Shown one piece after another: positions 1-8,082 of a stretch of DNA of 33,402 bases (the first letter of the stretch is position 1; each line of letters begins with the position of its first letter). Position numbers and translations under genes: made by a program. The DNA lies in IMG/VR virus record IMGVR_UViG_3300022862_000017, positions 1 to 33,402 of that record; one strand, given 5' to 3'. The stretch is from a virus (taxonomy: Duplodnaviria; Caudoviricetes). Under the pieces are notes generated by a model that was given only the letters and a program-made list of their open reading frames with translations, searched no databases and was not told the DNA's origin.

Positions 1-1
1 T

Positions 2-118
2 TATTTCATACAATTTGGTAGCTTTACTGTAGCCTTCCTCCTACTTGCTACAATACTCGGTACTGGATTAGTTTTTGCGCTAATGATTAAAAGCGGAAAA
101 AACGTAGGTTCTAATTGA
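2..118 (+). CDS. 3' end of host membrane protein (possibly MFS transporter), partial
   Basis: Frame 2 reads YFIQFGSFTVAFLLLATILGTGLVFALMIKSGKNVGSN* (final TM helix plus short basic tail), stop TGA 116-118. Confidence 0.6.
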   Translation, partial: YFIQFGSFTVAFLLLATILGTGLVFALMIKSGKNVGSN

Positions 119-128
119 TTGTTCATAG

Positions 129-175
129 AAAAAAAGCCCTGAAGCCTTGGTATACAAGGGATTTCAGGGCTTTTA
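129..175. terminator. Bidirectional intrinsic terminator
   Basis: AAAAAAAAGCCCTGAA...TTCAGGGCTTTT stem with A- and T-tracts on the two sides. Confidence 0.8.
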
Positions 176-189
176 TTAGCATCAATTGA

Positions 190-210
190 TTAACGAGAGA
201 AGTGCTCTAT
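190..210 (-). other. Probable att core, a remnant of a host gene 3' end (rpsD-like)
   Basis: Minus strand ATA GAG CAC TTC TCT CGT TAA (IEHFSR*) resembles the S4 C-terminus (IVEFYSR* in B. subtilis); lies between a terminator and the integrase stop. Confidence 0.5.
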
Positions 211-304
211 AGATTCTTAAACCGTTGTGGCTGTAAGGTTCAAAGGGGATATTGTAAATCGCTCCCCCAATTCTTCCCCCAAAACACCCAAAATAGGGGG
301 GATT

Positions 305-1465
305 TCACCCATTTTTAAGTGCTTCAACAAACACATCTGTAACCTTCTTTTTATCATCTTCAATGACATGGGCATACGTTTCCCAAATCACCTTCGGGGT
401 GTTGCCAAGTCGTTCAGCAACAGTTGCCACATCTTCACCACTGTATAATAAAATTGAGGCATGTGTATGTCTTAATGTGTGAGGTTTAACCAAGGTACCC
501 ATTTTTTCTGATAATCGTTTGAAAGCATAAAACAAACTATTATCAGCATAAGGCTCTTTAGTTTGTGAAGAAATAAATACATAGCCACTTTCTTTTAATT
601 GTTCACCATCTTCTAAAAGTATTTCAGAACTCCATACCCGATATTTTTTAAGCAATTTAATTAATTGGTCATCAATCGAGATTGTGCGATAACTATTCTT
701 TGTTTTAGGCGATCGATGGCCGTTCCTATCACGAGTTCCTTCTATAGTAATAGTTCCATTCTTTAAATCGACATTTTTCCACTTTAAAGCTAAAGCTTCG
801 CCACGTCTTATTCCAGTAAAAGCAATGGTCCTAATAATAGCATAAGACGTTATAGGTTCATCTGATTCTGCAATCTCAAGTAATTTATTAAGCTGCTGGA
901 TATTCAGTACATTTGGCTCTTCACGTTCCTCATCGTTGATAACCACTTTAGTAAAGCGATTACGAGGGATTATTTCTGCATCAACAGCAGCATTAACGGC
1001 AACTTTAAACACGCGATGAAATAGCCGTACTGTCGAAGGCTTGTATTCCTTCAATAAAGGGGTAATGAATTTCCGTTTATAAGTTTCTTTATCTAAAGAC
1101 GAAAGTTTCATTTTCCCGATTAACGGTTTCACCTGGTATTTGATTATGTTCTTTCGCTGTTTTTGAGTAGTGATTTGCCACTCTCGTTCGTTTGACTCGT
1201 ACCATATATCCATCCAAGCCCCGACAGTCATATTCTCATTTTCAACTTGAATAGAATTCCCATTCAGTAGTTGAGACTTAACCTCCAACAATTTTCGAAA
1301 GGCAACAGTCTCGGATGAAAATCCTTGTCCTGTCTTTTCCTTTCGTTTTCCCAAAACATCATAGTAACGATAACGATACGCATATTTAGTAGATCCATCA
1401 GAATCTACATACCAATATAAGTCCTTATCCTTTTTCGATTTATTCATTTTTGGTTTATAACTCAT
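305..1465 (-). CDS. int: Tyrosine recombinase phage integrase
   Basis: TGIRRGEALALKW, HTLRHTHAS and catalytic Tyr in TYAHV; N-terminal arm-binding and SAM-like domains; ATG 1465 after GGGGGA RBS. The usual LGH motif reads LGN. Confidence 0.95.
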   Translation of the reverse strand: MSYKPKMNKSKKDKDLYWYVDSDGSTKYAYRYRYYDVLGKRKEKTGQGFSSETVAFRKLLEVKSQLLNGNSIQVENENMTVGAWMDIWYESNEREWQITTQKQRKNIIKYQVKPLIGKMKLSSLDKETYKRKFITPLLKEYKPSTVRLFHRVFKVAVNAAVDAEIIPRNRFTKVVINDEEREEPNVLNIQQLNKLLEIAESDEPITSYAIIRTIAFTGIRRGEALALKWKNVDLKNGTITIEGTRDRNGHRSPKTKNSYRTISIDDQLIKLLKKYRVWSSEILLEDGEQLKESGYVFISSQTKEPYADNSLFYAFKRLSEKMGTLVKPHTLRHTHASILLYSGEDVATVAERLGNTPKVIWETYAHVIEDDKKKVTDVFVEALKNG

Positions 1466-1487
1466 TTGACATTCCCCCAAGATTTCT

Positions 1488-1505
1488 ACACGGACAGGTG
1501 TACTT
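1488..1505. repeat. 18-bp direct repeat copy 1 (ACACGGACAGGTGTACTT) in the integrase leader
   Basis: Identical to 4469..4486. Confidence 0.9.
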
Positions 1506-1542
1506 TTTGGGTAATTGTCTTAGCATCACTCCTTTCTGATTG

Positions 1543-1554
1543 GAACGTACGTTC
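1543..1554. promoter_or_regulatory. LexA/DinR SOS box upstream of integrase
   Basis: GAAC-GTAC-GTTC matches the Firmicutes GAAC-N4-GTTC core. Confidence 0.7.
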
Positions 1555-1584
1555 TTTTTGTGGTAAAAAATAATAATTTGAATA

Positions 1585-2292
1585 TTATGAATCTTTTAAT
1601 GTTTCTTCTAATTCGTTCTGAATAAATATAGTATTTTCAAATAACCTTGTAAGTCTTCTAATATTTGCTTTACTTAATATTACTGAATATATGCATGCGT
1701 TTTTATGATGAGCAATATTATCCATACTCGCTTTTGAAAGGTCTCTGAATTCAGTTACTAATTTTTGAGCAGAGAAATTATTTAAGTCACAATTCCCCAT
1801 TAGATAATTTACTAAGCGCCAATAAAGAGCTGTATCAGAAATTTTAACACGCTTTTTTATTTGATAGTAATGTAGCCAATTACCCAACATTATTATGATT
1901 ACAGGATCAGGTAATATTAGGTGAGATGCAAACGTGTTCGCTTGCATCTCAAATTCGTTTATTGTGTTATCAAGCATATCTTTAGATCTATCAGCAAATT
2001 GTGATTTTTTTTCTAGATGTAAAAAGTAGTGCCCCAATTCATGACCTATAGTAAAATTTCTACGTTCGGGTAAATGATTACTATTGTAAACTAAAGTTTT
2101 TTCATATTCATCAACAAAGAGCATCCCACATAAATCATCAGAAAAAGGGAAAGACTCAATAAAAATATTTTCCTCATATACAATATTCATTAATAATGAG
2201 TCACATCTATAATTATTCCAGTCAGGAATAATGAAATTATATCTTAAGAATACTTTTTCAGCTGTTGAAATTGCCTCTTTGATTAAATCCAA
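1585..2292 (-). CDS. immA: ImmA/IrrE family metallo-endopeptidase (anti-repressor protease)
   Basis: RRNFTIGHELGH (HExxH) and downstream EMQANTFASHLILP; adjacent to XRE repressor. Confidence 0.9.
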   Translation of the reverse strand: MDLIKEAISTAEKVFLRYNFIIPDWNNYRCDSLLMNIVYEENIFIESFPFSDDLCGMLFVDEYEKTLVYNSNHLPERRNFTIGHELGHYFLHLEKKSQFADRSKDMLDNTINEFEMQANTFASHLILPDPVIIIMLGNWLHYYQIKKRVKISDTALYWRLVNYLMGNCDLNNFSAQKLVTEFRDLSKASMDNIAHHKNACIYSVILSKANIRRLTRLFENTIFIQNELEETLKDS

Positions 2293-2313
2293 TATGCCAC
2301 ACCCACTTATGTT

Positions 2314-2676
2314 CTATTTATCCTCTTTCTTTTTCTCTAAAATCCTCTTTCTTCTAATGGCAAGATAATCTTCTATTTCACTTCCTAGTTGTTCCATTTC
2401 TGATTCAGATAAATCAGCGTTTTCTTGTCTTAACCAAGCTTTTAATGGAGGTTCAGAAGTTACGTTACTTATATTTGGCTCATCTGTTCTACCTAATAAA
2501 TAATCTGCAGACACATCTAAAGTATCAGCGAGTAAGATAATCATTTCATTAGAAGGGGTGCTGTATCCATTTTCGTAATTACTGATAGTACCTTTTGTAG
2601 TTTGGACTTTAGATGCCAATTGTTCTTGTGTTAACTTTTTAAATTTCCTAGCTAACCTTATTCGTTGGCTAATCAT
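2314..2676 (-). CDS. ImmR-like XRE HTH phage repressor
   Basis: LTQEQLA...TISNYENG...LDVSADYLLG; RBS AGGGAGTG before ATG 2676. Confidence 0.9.
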   Translation of the reverse strand: MISQRIRLARKFKKLTQEQLASKVQTTKGTISNYENGYSTPSNEMIILLADTLDVSADYLLGRTDEPNISNVTSEPPLKAWLRQENADLSESEMEQLGSEIEDYLAIRRKRILEKKKEDK

Positions 2677-2693
2677 ATGTTTCACTCCCTTTT

Positions 2694-2820
2694 GTACAAG
2701 TAAATTGTACTATCATATAAAGAATATAACTATCTCTAAAACAAAAGTACAAAAAAATCATACTTTTTGATTGACGTATGAGAATCTTGTTGTTATTATT
2801 TAAGTACAAGTTAATCATAC
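2694..2820. promoter_or_regulatory. Lysis/lysogeny switch: four 17-bp operators and sigma-A promoter for cro
   Basis: GTACAAGTAAATTGTAC 2694, GTACAAAAAAATCATAC 2747, GTATGAGAATCTTGTTG 2776, GTACAAGTTAATCATAC 2804; TTGACG (2771)-17 bp-TATTAT (2794) with extended TG. Confidence 0.8.
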
Positions 2821-2837
2821 CTTAGGAGGTGAGTGGT

Positions 2838-3056
2838 TTGAAAAACTTGAACTTAATTAACGCACGAAAAAATAAAAATCTGACTCAATCAGATTTAGCA
2901 GAAACATTAAAGTGTGTTAGTAAAGCTGCTATTTCTAACTGGGAAACGGGTTACTCTAAACCAAGATTAGAAGTAGCATTGGCAGTGTCAAGAATTTTAG
3001 ATGAAGATGTGGCTTTTTTATTTAATTACAATGTACAAGAATCTTGTACAAAATAA
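2838..3056 (+). CDS. Cro-like XRE HTH regulator
   Basis: LTQSDLAETL...AAISNWETG; divergent from the repressor; AGGAGGTG RBS favours TTG 2838. Confidence 0.88.
   Translation: MKNLNLINARKNKNLTQSDLAETLKCVSKAAISNWETGYSKPRLEVALAVSRILDEDVAFLFNYNVQESCTK
3032..3050. promoter_or_regulatory. Perfect operator palindrome inside the cro 3' end
   Basis: TGTACAAGA-A-TCTTGTACA, consensus version of the 2694-2820 operators. Confidence 0.75.
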
Positions 3057-3076
3057 CCATTATAGGAGGAATAAAA

Positions 3077-3925
3077 ATGAATTTAATTTTAGTTCAAAGT
3101 CGAGCATTCAATTCAGTTGTATGTGATTTATGGCAAAACGAAAATGGTGACATTTTCATGACACGAAAACAAATTGGTGAAGCTCTTGAATATTCAGAAC
3201 CAGATACTGCTATTCGTAAAATTCACAAGCGTCATGAGGAAAGACTTAAACAATTTTCAGTACAGACCAATCTGGTCGGAACTGATGGAAAACAATATGA
3301 AACGTACATCTATAACGAAAAAGGTATTTACGAAATCATTCGTAAAAGTCAACAACCTAAAGCTGATGAATTTTATGATTTCGTGTATGACCTGTTAGAA
3401 AAACTCCGTAAGGACGAACTTAAAGTGGTTAAGGCAGAACCTAAACTTCCTTCTAACTACAAAGAAGCGTTAATCGCTCTACTGGAAAAAGAAGAAGAGC
3501 GCGAACAACTTGAACTCGAAAATAAAATGTACCAACAGCAAATAGCTGATGCACAACCAAAACTTACTTATATCGATGAGGTCTTGCGTTGTTCAGATTT
3601 ACTATTAACAACACAAATTGCTGAAGATTACGGAATGAGTGCAATAGCATTTAACAAACTCTTACACAAATATGGTATTCAATACAACTTAAATAAACAG
3701 TGGTTGTTATACAGCAAATACAAAGGCTTGGGATATACAAAATCAGAAACCAAAGAGTACCCAAAACCAGATGGTTCAACAGGAGTAAAACTTCATACTA
3801 AATGGACTCAAAAAGGCCGTCTATTCTTATATGAAACATTAAAAACAAAAGGTATCTTACCGACTATGGAACAAATGAAGTTAACGCTAATTGAAAATAA
3901 ACCCGCAGAAGGGATAGGTGCCTAG
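3077..3925 (+). CDS. Phage antirepressor (BRO-N plus KilA-C/ANT domain)
   Basis: N-term YIYNEKGIYEIIRKSQQPKADEF; C-term TTQIAEDYGMSAIAFNKLL...KWTQKGRLFLYE. Confidence 0.9.
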   Translation: MNLILVQSRAFNSVVCDLWQNENGDIFMTRKQIGEALEYSEPDTAIRKIHKRHEERLKQFSVQTNLVGTDGKQYETYIYNEKGIYEIIRKSQQPKADEFYDFVYDLLEKLRKDELKVVKAEPKLPSNYKEALIALLEKEEEREQLELENKMYQQQIADAQPKLTYIDEVLRCSDLLLTTQIAEDYGMSAIAFNKLLHKYGIQYNLNKQWLLYSKYKGLGYTKSETKEYPKPDGSTGVKLHTKWTQKGRLFLYETLKTKGILPTMEQMKLTLIENKPAEGIGA

Positions 3926-4161
3926 TGATTGAACTAATTCGCAAAAATACCTTATTAACTGATGAATTCGCAATTGAAACGGATACAAATATCGACCATG
4001 CATTATCTGTCATTTCTATTAATCCAGTTGAAGGTAATTCTGCTGATGGTTTTGCAGAAAAAATCGGGATTACATTAAGTCTAAATTACGAACAAATTGA
4101 TGAAATAATTTTAATTTTACAAGAAGCAAGCAATGCACTTAAGCGTTCAGAAAATCTTTAG
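3925..4161 (+). CDS. Hypothetical phage protein
   Basis: 78-aa ORF overlapping the previous stop codon. Confidence 0.65.
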   Translation: MIELIRKNTLLTDEFAIETDTNIDHALSVISINPVEGNSADGFAEKIGITLSLNYEQIDEIILILQEASNALKRSENL

Positions 4162-4178
4162 ATGAACGGAGGTACCAA

Positions 4179-4460
4179 ATGACTGCCATTGTACAAGTAG
4201 AAGTCAAAACTGACAACGAAGCATTAGATGCAAAATATGATGAGATTTTCGAAAAACACGTTACAGCTAGAAAGAAATTAGTAACTGTCAAACAACTAGC
4301 TGCTATGTACAGTATGGAACGAGATGCACTAGAGGACGCTTTTTTTACAGATCCTCGCATAAAACTATATGAGCGACGCCGCGGAAAAGGGAAGCGCTTC
4401 TGGATAGCTGAAAAAGTCATTCCGATTATGGATGAAATCATTGAATACGAATGGAATTAG
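4179..4460 (+). CDS. Excisionase-like winged-helix DNA-binding protein
   Basis: LVTVKQLAAMYSM...KGKRFWI; size and position typical of xis; GGAGG RBS. Confidence 0.6.
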   Translation: MTAIVQVEVKTDNEALDAKYDEIFEKHVTARKKLVTVKQLAAMYSMERDALEDAFFTDPRIKLYERRRGKGKRFWIAEKVIPIMDEIIEYEWN

Positions 4461-4468
4461 AAAACAAA

Positions 4469-4590
4469 ACACGGACAGGTGTACTTACATTCGTAATTTA
4501 TAAAAGCATAGGAGAGGCCAGGGCAAATGGCCTCAATCAAACTACCAATCTAGTAGAAATAATAAGAGGTTGGGGCAAACAACCTCTTAT
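4469..4590 (+). ncRNA. Candidate regulatory RNA: 18-nt int-leader antisense plus two GGGCAAA-loop hairpins
   Basis: Repeat copy 2 at 4469..4486; GAGGCCA-GGGCAAA-TGGCCTC 4514..4534; ATAAGAGGTTG-GGGCAAA-CAACCTCTTAT 4562..4590. Confidence 0.55.
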
Positions 4591-4622
4591 CACTATATTA
4601 AGTTAACTTGGGAGAAATTTGT

Positions 4623-4654
4623 ATTCCACAATGGAATTTATTCTGATTCGGAAT
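4623..4654. promoter_or_regulatory. Tandem palindromic operators before HTH gene
   Basis: ATTCC-ACAAT-GGAAT 4623 and ATTCT-GATTC-GGAAT 4640. Confidence 0.55.
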
Positions 4655-4671
4655 ATTTAGGAGGACTTTTT

Positions 4672-4962
4672 ATGTTCGATGCACTTGAACACGGGAAAAT
4701 GCTAAAACTCTTTCGCAAGAAAGCAAAAATGACTCAAGAAGATATTGCAGATGAATTAAATATAACTCAATCATGTGTAAGCAAATATGAAAGTGGCAGG
4801 AAGGTATTGGATTTATCTACATTTTTAAAGTGGATTAACATAACTAACTCGGAGATACCAGCGGCAGCAATGTTGTTCGGAATGGACACTGTAAATGCTG
4901 TAACTCAACTAATGCCGATGGTGCCAATGTTCGCAGGAGGGTTATTCAATTGGATGCTTTAG
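4672..4962 (+). CDS. XRE HTH transcriptional regulator
   Basis: MTQEDIADELNITQSCVSKYESG; AGGAGG RBS before ATG 4672. Confidence 0.85.
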   Translation: MFDALEHGKMLKLFRKKAKMTQEDIADELNITQSCVSKYESGRKVLDLSTFLKWINITNSEIPAAAMLFGMDTVNAVTQLMPMVPMFAGGLFNWML

Positions 4963-5204
4963 AAAAACTGAATCAACAGATTAGTAGAGAACTAACTTGC
5001 ATTGATGATCTAACAGATGTAATCAAACTACACGTTAAATCAGGTCGTATCAACATAGCAAAACAACTAGAACGAGACCTACATAATTCACTGGAACAAC
5101 TAGAAAAACTTCATAAGAAAAAAGAGTTATGGGCAACGGTTGCTGATTTAAACCAACGAGGAATACTTGTTCAGGTGGTGAAGAAACTTGCGCATCAAGC
5201 CTAG
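4950..5204 (+). CDS. Hypothetical coiled-coil phage protein
   Basis: 84-aa ORF with AGGAGG RBS. Confidence 0.7.
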   Translation: MDALEKLNQQISRELTCIDDLTDVIKLHVKSGRINIAKQLERDLHNSLEQLEKLHKKKELWATVADLNQRGILVQVVKKLAHQA

Positions 5205-5307
5205 AGCGTGGCGACATATGACATTAAAGCAGAGGTTAATTTATGTACATTTCTTCTGTGATAAGAGGGTGTTGGAGAAGTTAAATGGCAATAAAAAAGC
5301 TGCTTAA
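5188..5307 (+). CDS. Small basic hypothetical protein (39 aa, not in ORF track)
   Basis: TTG start after AGGTGGTG; MRIKPRAWRHMTLKQRLIYVHFFCDKRVLEKLNGNKKAA*. Confidence 0.5.
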   Translation: MRIKPRAWRHMTLKQRLIYVHFFCDKRVLEKLNGNKKAA

Positions 5308-5367
5308 TCTGAGCGAAAGATTAAACAGCCATGACAACTTATATACAAATCTATTATACCACAAGTT

Positions 5368-5458
5368 TTGACGTTTGCGAGAGTTATCTTGCTCTCGTCA
5401 AGCAGCTTACAGCACCGTCTCCCTACGGTTATGCTTTGCCACTGTGAGTTGCTTGATG
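5368..5458 (+). ncRNA. Candidate structured RNA element
   Basis: TCAAGCAGCTTACAG pairs with CTGTGAGTTGCTTGA using G-U pairs; inner ACCGT-CTCCCT-ACGGT hairpin. Confidence 0.5.
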
Positions 5459-5487
5459 GGATGCCATCAGAAAGAAGGTGAGAGATC

Positions 5488-5697
5488 ATGAATATTGCTC
5501 AGTTTAAGCCAAAAATGCGTGAGGTTAGATTAGACACCGAAGTATTTGAGGAACGATTTGCTGACTACGACATTATCAGTGAATTTACTGGAATCATCCT
5601 TACTTTAGTAGCTGTTGAGGACAATGTACGTTATATAAGCTTTGTCACAGCATCTTATGCAGAAGTGTTACGAAAACAAAAGGAGGCAATAGCGTGA
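5488..5697 (+). CDS. Hypothetical phage protein
   Basis: 69-aa ORF, AAGGTG RBS. Confidence 0.7.
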   Translation: MNIAQFKPKMREVRLDTEVFEERFADYDIISEFTGIILTLVAVEDNVRYISFVTASYAEVLRKQKEAIA

Positions 5698-5930
5698 GAC
5701 AACTTATGGAAGTCGAAAATCCAATGGTGTTAGGAACAATTGAGCCAGTAAAAAATGTACCAACATTTCGTTATGTAGAAATGAAAAGAGATTTTCGGGA
5801 TGTCTATGGAAGTTTAATCGTATTCAATGACGATTATATGAAGTTTCAAAACGGTGATATCGTCCACATGGATAACATTCATACGTACCTTGAGGAACAT
5901 CACAATGCGGTATTTTGCACAAAAAAATAA
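5694..5930 (+). CDS. YqaI-like small phage protein
   Basis: VENPMV and DVYGSLI...DDY motifs recall skin-element YqaI. Confidence 0.6.
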   Translation: MRQLMEVENPMVLGTIEPVKNVPTFRYVEMKRDFRDVYGSLIVFNDDYMKFQNGDIVHMDNIHTYLEEHHNAVFCTKK

Positions 5931-6000
5931 ACCACTTGGCAGAGTGGTCTTAGCAAAAATATATTTGCGCTCATTATAGCGCACTACAGGAGGAATTTCA

Positions 6001-6894
6001 ATGAGTAACTTAGCAGAACAATTCAATAATCCTCAAATGGGACAACCTCAATTTCAAGGCGGAGCTCTAGCGCAAGCTAGTGCTTCTCGCGAAATGGAAG
6101 AAGTAAAAGGGCAAATTTTCATGGCAAAACAATTTCCCCGCAACGTATTTCAAGCTGAACAACGTGTATTAGATACATGTAAACGTCCAGCACTAGCTCA
6201 AACAGCAATGTACAGTTATCCAAAAGGTGGCACAAAGGTAACAGGCCCATCTATACGATTAGCAGAAGCAATCGCACAAAACTGGGGCAATTTATCATAC
6301 GGCATTCAAGAGTTAGAGCAACGTAATGGAGAATCAGTAGCTAAAGCGTTTTGTTGGGACCTTGAAACGAATGTACGTCAAGAAAAAGTATTTACAGTTA
6401 AGCATGCAATCGGCACAAAAAAAGGTTTGAAGCAATTAACAGATCCGCGTGACATTTATGAAAAGGTAGCAAACGATGGAGCACGTCGATTACGTTCTTG
6501 CATCCTTGGTGTTATTCCTGGTGACATAGTTGATAAAGCAGTTTTACAATGCACCGAAACACTTGCTGGTAATAGCAAAGGACCGCTAAAAGATCGAATT
6601 GCTTCTATGTTAAAAGGTTTCAAAGACCATTATCGAGTTACACAAGAAATGGTCGAAACAAAGTTCGGCTACAATGCTGATTCTTTCAGCGAGTACGACT
6701 ATGTAGAGCTTCTAAACATTGCTAATAGCCTAAAAGATGGTATGTCAAAAGTTGAGGACTGGTTCCCAAAAGATGATGCGAAAAATCAATCTAGCGGATT
6801 AGGTGAAGCGTTTAAAGACGAGCAAAAAACAGAGGTGAAATCAGATGCACCAAACGACATTCCAGTTGAACACCCAGAATTACCACTCGAATGA
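6001..6894 (+). CDS. Putative single-strand annealing recombinase
   Basis: AKQFPRN...GPSIRLAEAIAQNWGN...WDLETN family; directly upstream of the exonuclease. Confidence 0.65.
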   Translation: MSNLAEQFNNPQMGQPQFQGGALAQASASREMEEVKGQIFMAKQFPRNVFQAEQRVLDTCKRPALAQTAMYSYPKGGTKVTGPSIRLAEAIAQNWGNLSYGIQELEQRNGESVAKAFCWDLETNVRQEKVFTVKHAIGTKKGLKQLTDPRDIYEKVANDGARRLRSCILGVIPGDIVDKAVLQCTETLAGNSKGPLKDRIASMLKGFKDHYRVTQEMVETKFGYNADSFSEYDYVELLNIANSLKDGMSKVEDWFPKDDAKNQSSGLGEAFKDEQKTEVKSDAPNDIPVEHPELPLE

Positions 6895-7648
6895 GGCCAA
6901 CCAGCATTACATGTCAGTGTCACAGTTTAAAAGTGCTATGGAATGCGAAGCTAGAACATTTGCAGAGGTAAGGGGCGAGTTTTCTCGTCCTCCCTCTACA
7001 GCATTATTAGTAGGTTCATATTTACATGCTGCCTTTGAAAGTGATAGGGCATTTACTGAATTTCTAGAACAGAACCATGACAGCATCTACGGCAGTCGCG
7101 GTGGGAAATACAAGGATTATGAAAAAGCTGACGACATGATCGAAACCATCAAAAATGACGAGTTTTGCATGTTCGCTCTACAGGGCGAAAAAGAGGTCAT
7201 CTATACAGGTGAATTATTCGGTGTAGAGTGGAAAATCAAGGTGGATAACATCAATCATGAACGTGGATTTTTCAGCGATTTAAAGAGTACACAGGAGCTT
7301 CGAAAGCGTTACTGGAGCGAGAAATATAATACTTGGGTTTCGTTTGTACAAGCCTTTGATTATGTGCTACAGATGTGGGTGTATCGAGAAATCATTTTCC
7401 AAAATACAGGGCGTTATTATGATCCATACATTGTGGCAGTTACCAAAGAATCGCCACCTGATAAAGCCGTTTTACACTTCGACTCAGGGCGTTTCGACTT
7501 CGAGAAAGAATATGTTCAATCGATGTTGCCAAGCATCATAGATGCAAAGCTAGGGCGTAAAAATGCACATCGATGTGATAAGTGCGAATTTTGCCGAGGG
7601 ACTAAGAAACTTAGTGGAACATTTGAAATTGAGTATCTACTAGATTAG
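6845..7648 (+). CDS. PD-(D/E)XK exonuclease (RecE/ExoVIII-like)
   Basis: YMSVSQFK, GSYLHA, KIKVD...DLKST, YVLQM and C-terminal CDKCEFC. Confidence 0.85.
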   Translation: MHQTTFQLNTQNYHSNEANQHYMSVSQFKSAMECEARTFAEVRGEFSRPPSTALLVGSYLHAAFESDRAFTEFLEQNHDSIYGSRGGKYKDYEKADDMIETIKNDEFCMFALQGEKEVIYTGELFGVEWKIKVDNINHERGFFSDLKSTQELRKRYWSEKYNTWVSFVQAFDYVLQMWVYREIIFQNTGRYYDPYIVAVTKESPPDKAVLHFDSGRFDFEKEYVQSMLPSIIDAKLGRKNAHRCDKCEFCRGTKKLSGTFEIEYLLD

Positions 7649-7661
7649 GTGGTGCAATTGA

Positions 7662-7835
7662 ATGAACAATGTACCAACGAAGGTGTTATTGCCTGCTTGG
7701 ATATTTGAGCAGGCGAAGGATAACGATGAAATCAGACGTTTGGTGCTGGATTATATGAGGCGTTACCCGAATTATAGGGTGCTTAAGGTTAGTAATAGTT
7801 TGGCAATCTGTGAGAGACAGGACGGGCTGTTATAG
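7662..7835 (+). CDS. Small hypothetical protein (57 aa, not in ORF track)
   Basis: AGGTGGTG RBS; MNNVPTKVLLPAWIFEQAKDNDEIRRLVLDYMRRYPNYRVLKVSNSLAICERQDGLL*. Confidence 0.65.
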   Translation: MNNVPTKVLLPAWIFEQAKDNDEIRRLVLDYMRRYPNYRVLKVSNSLAICERQDGLL

Positions 7836-7844
7836 GAGGTAACC

Positions 7845-8048
7845 ATGATTAAAATTCGACTAGCTGTTTTATTGGCTGAACGTGGCTTGAAAATACGAGA
7901 CATCCATAGTAGGACAGGCATACCAATGACAACGCTAAGAACACTGTATTACGGCCGTTCTAACAGTGTGAAAACAAAAGATTTAGAGGCAATTTGCAAG
8001 GTACTGAATTGTAATGTAGGCGACATTTTAGATTACCAGGCAAGATGA
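7845..8048 (+). CDS. Cro/C1-type HTH (YozG-like)
   Basis: IRLAVLLAERGL...LEAICKVLNCNVGDIL. Confidence 0.85.
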   Translation: MIKIRLAVLLAERGLKIRDIHSRTGIPMTTLRTLYYGRSNSVKTKDLEAICKVLNCNVGDILDYQAR

Positions 8049-8082
8049 TTTTTATATCGTAAATGAAAAGGGGACATTAACA

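Noticed and set aside
227-448. 73-aa + strand ORF
   Set aside because: Antisense to the integrase 3' end and spans the att arm; no recognisable motifs
1585-4600. Arbitrium (aimR/aimP) or Rap-Phr system
   Set aside because: No TPR receptor or signal-peptide pro-peptide ORF; the switch is ImmA/ImmR type
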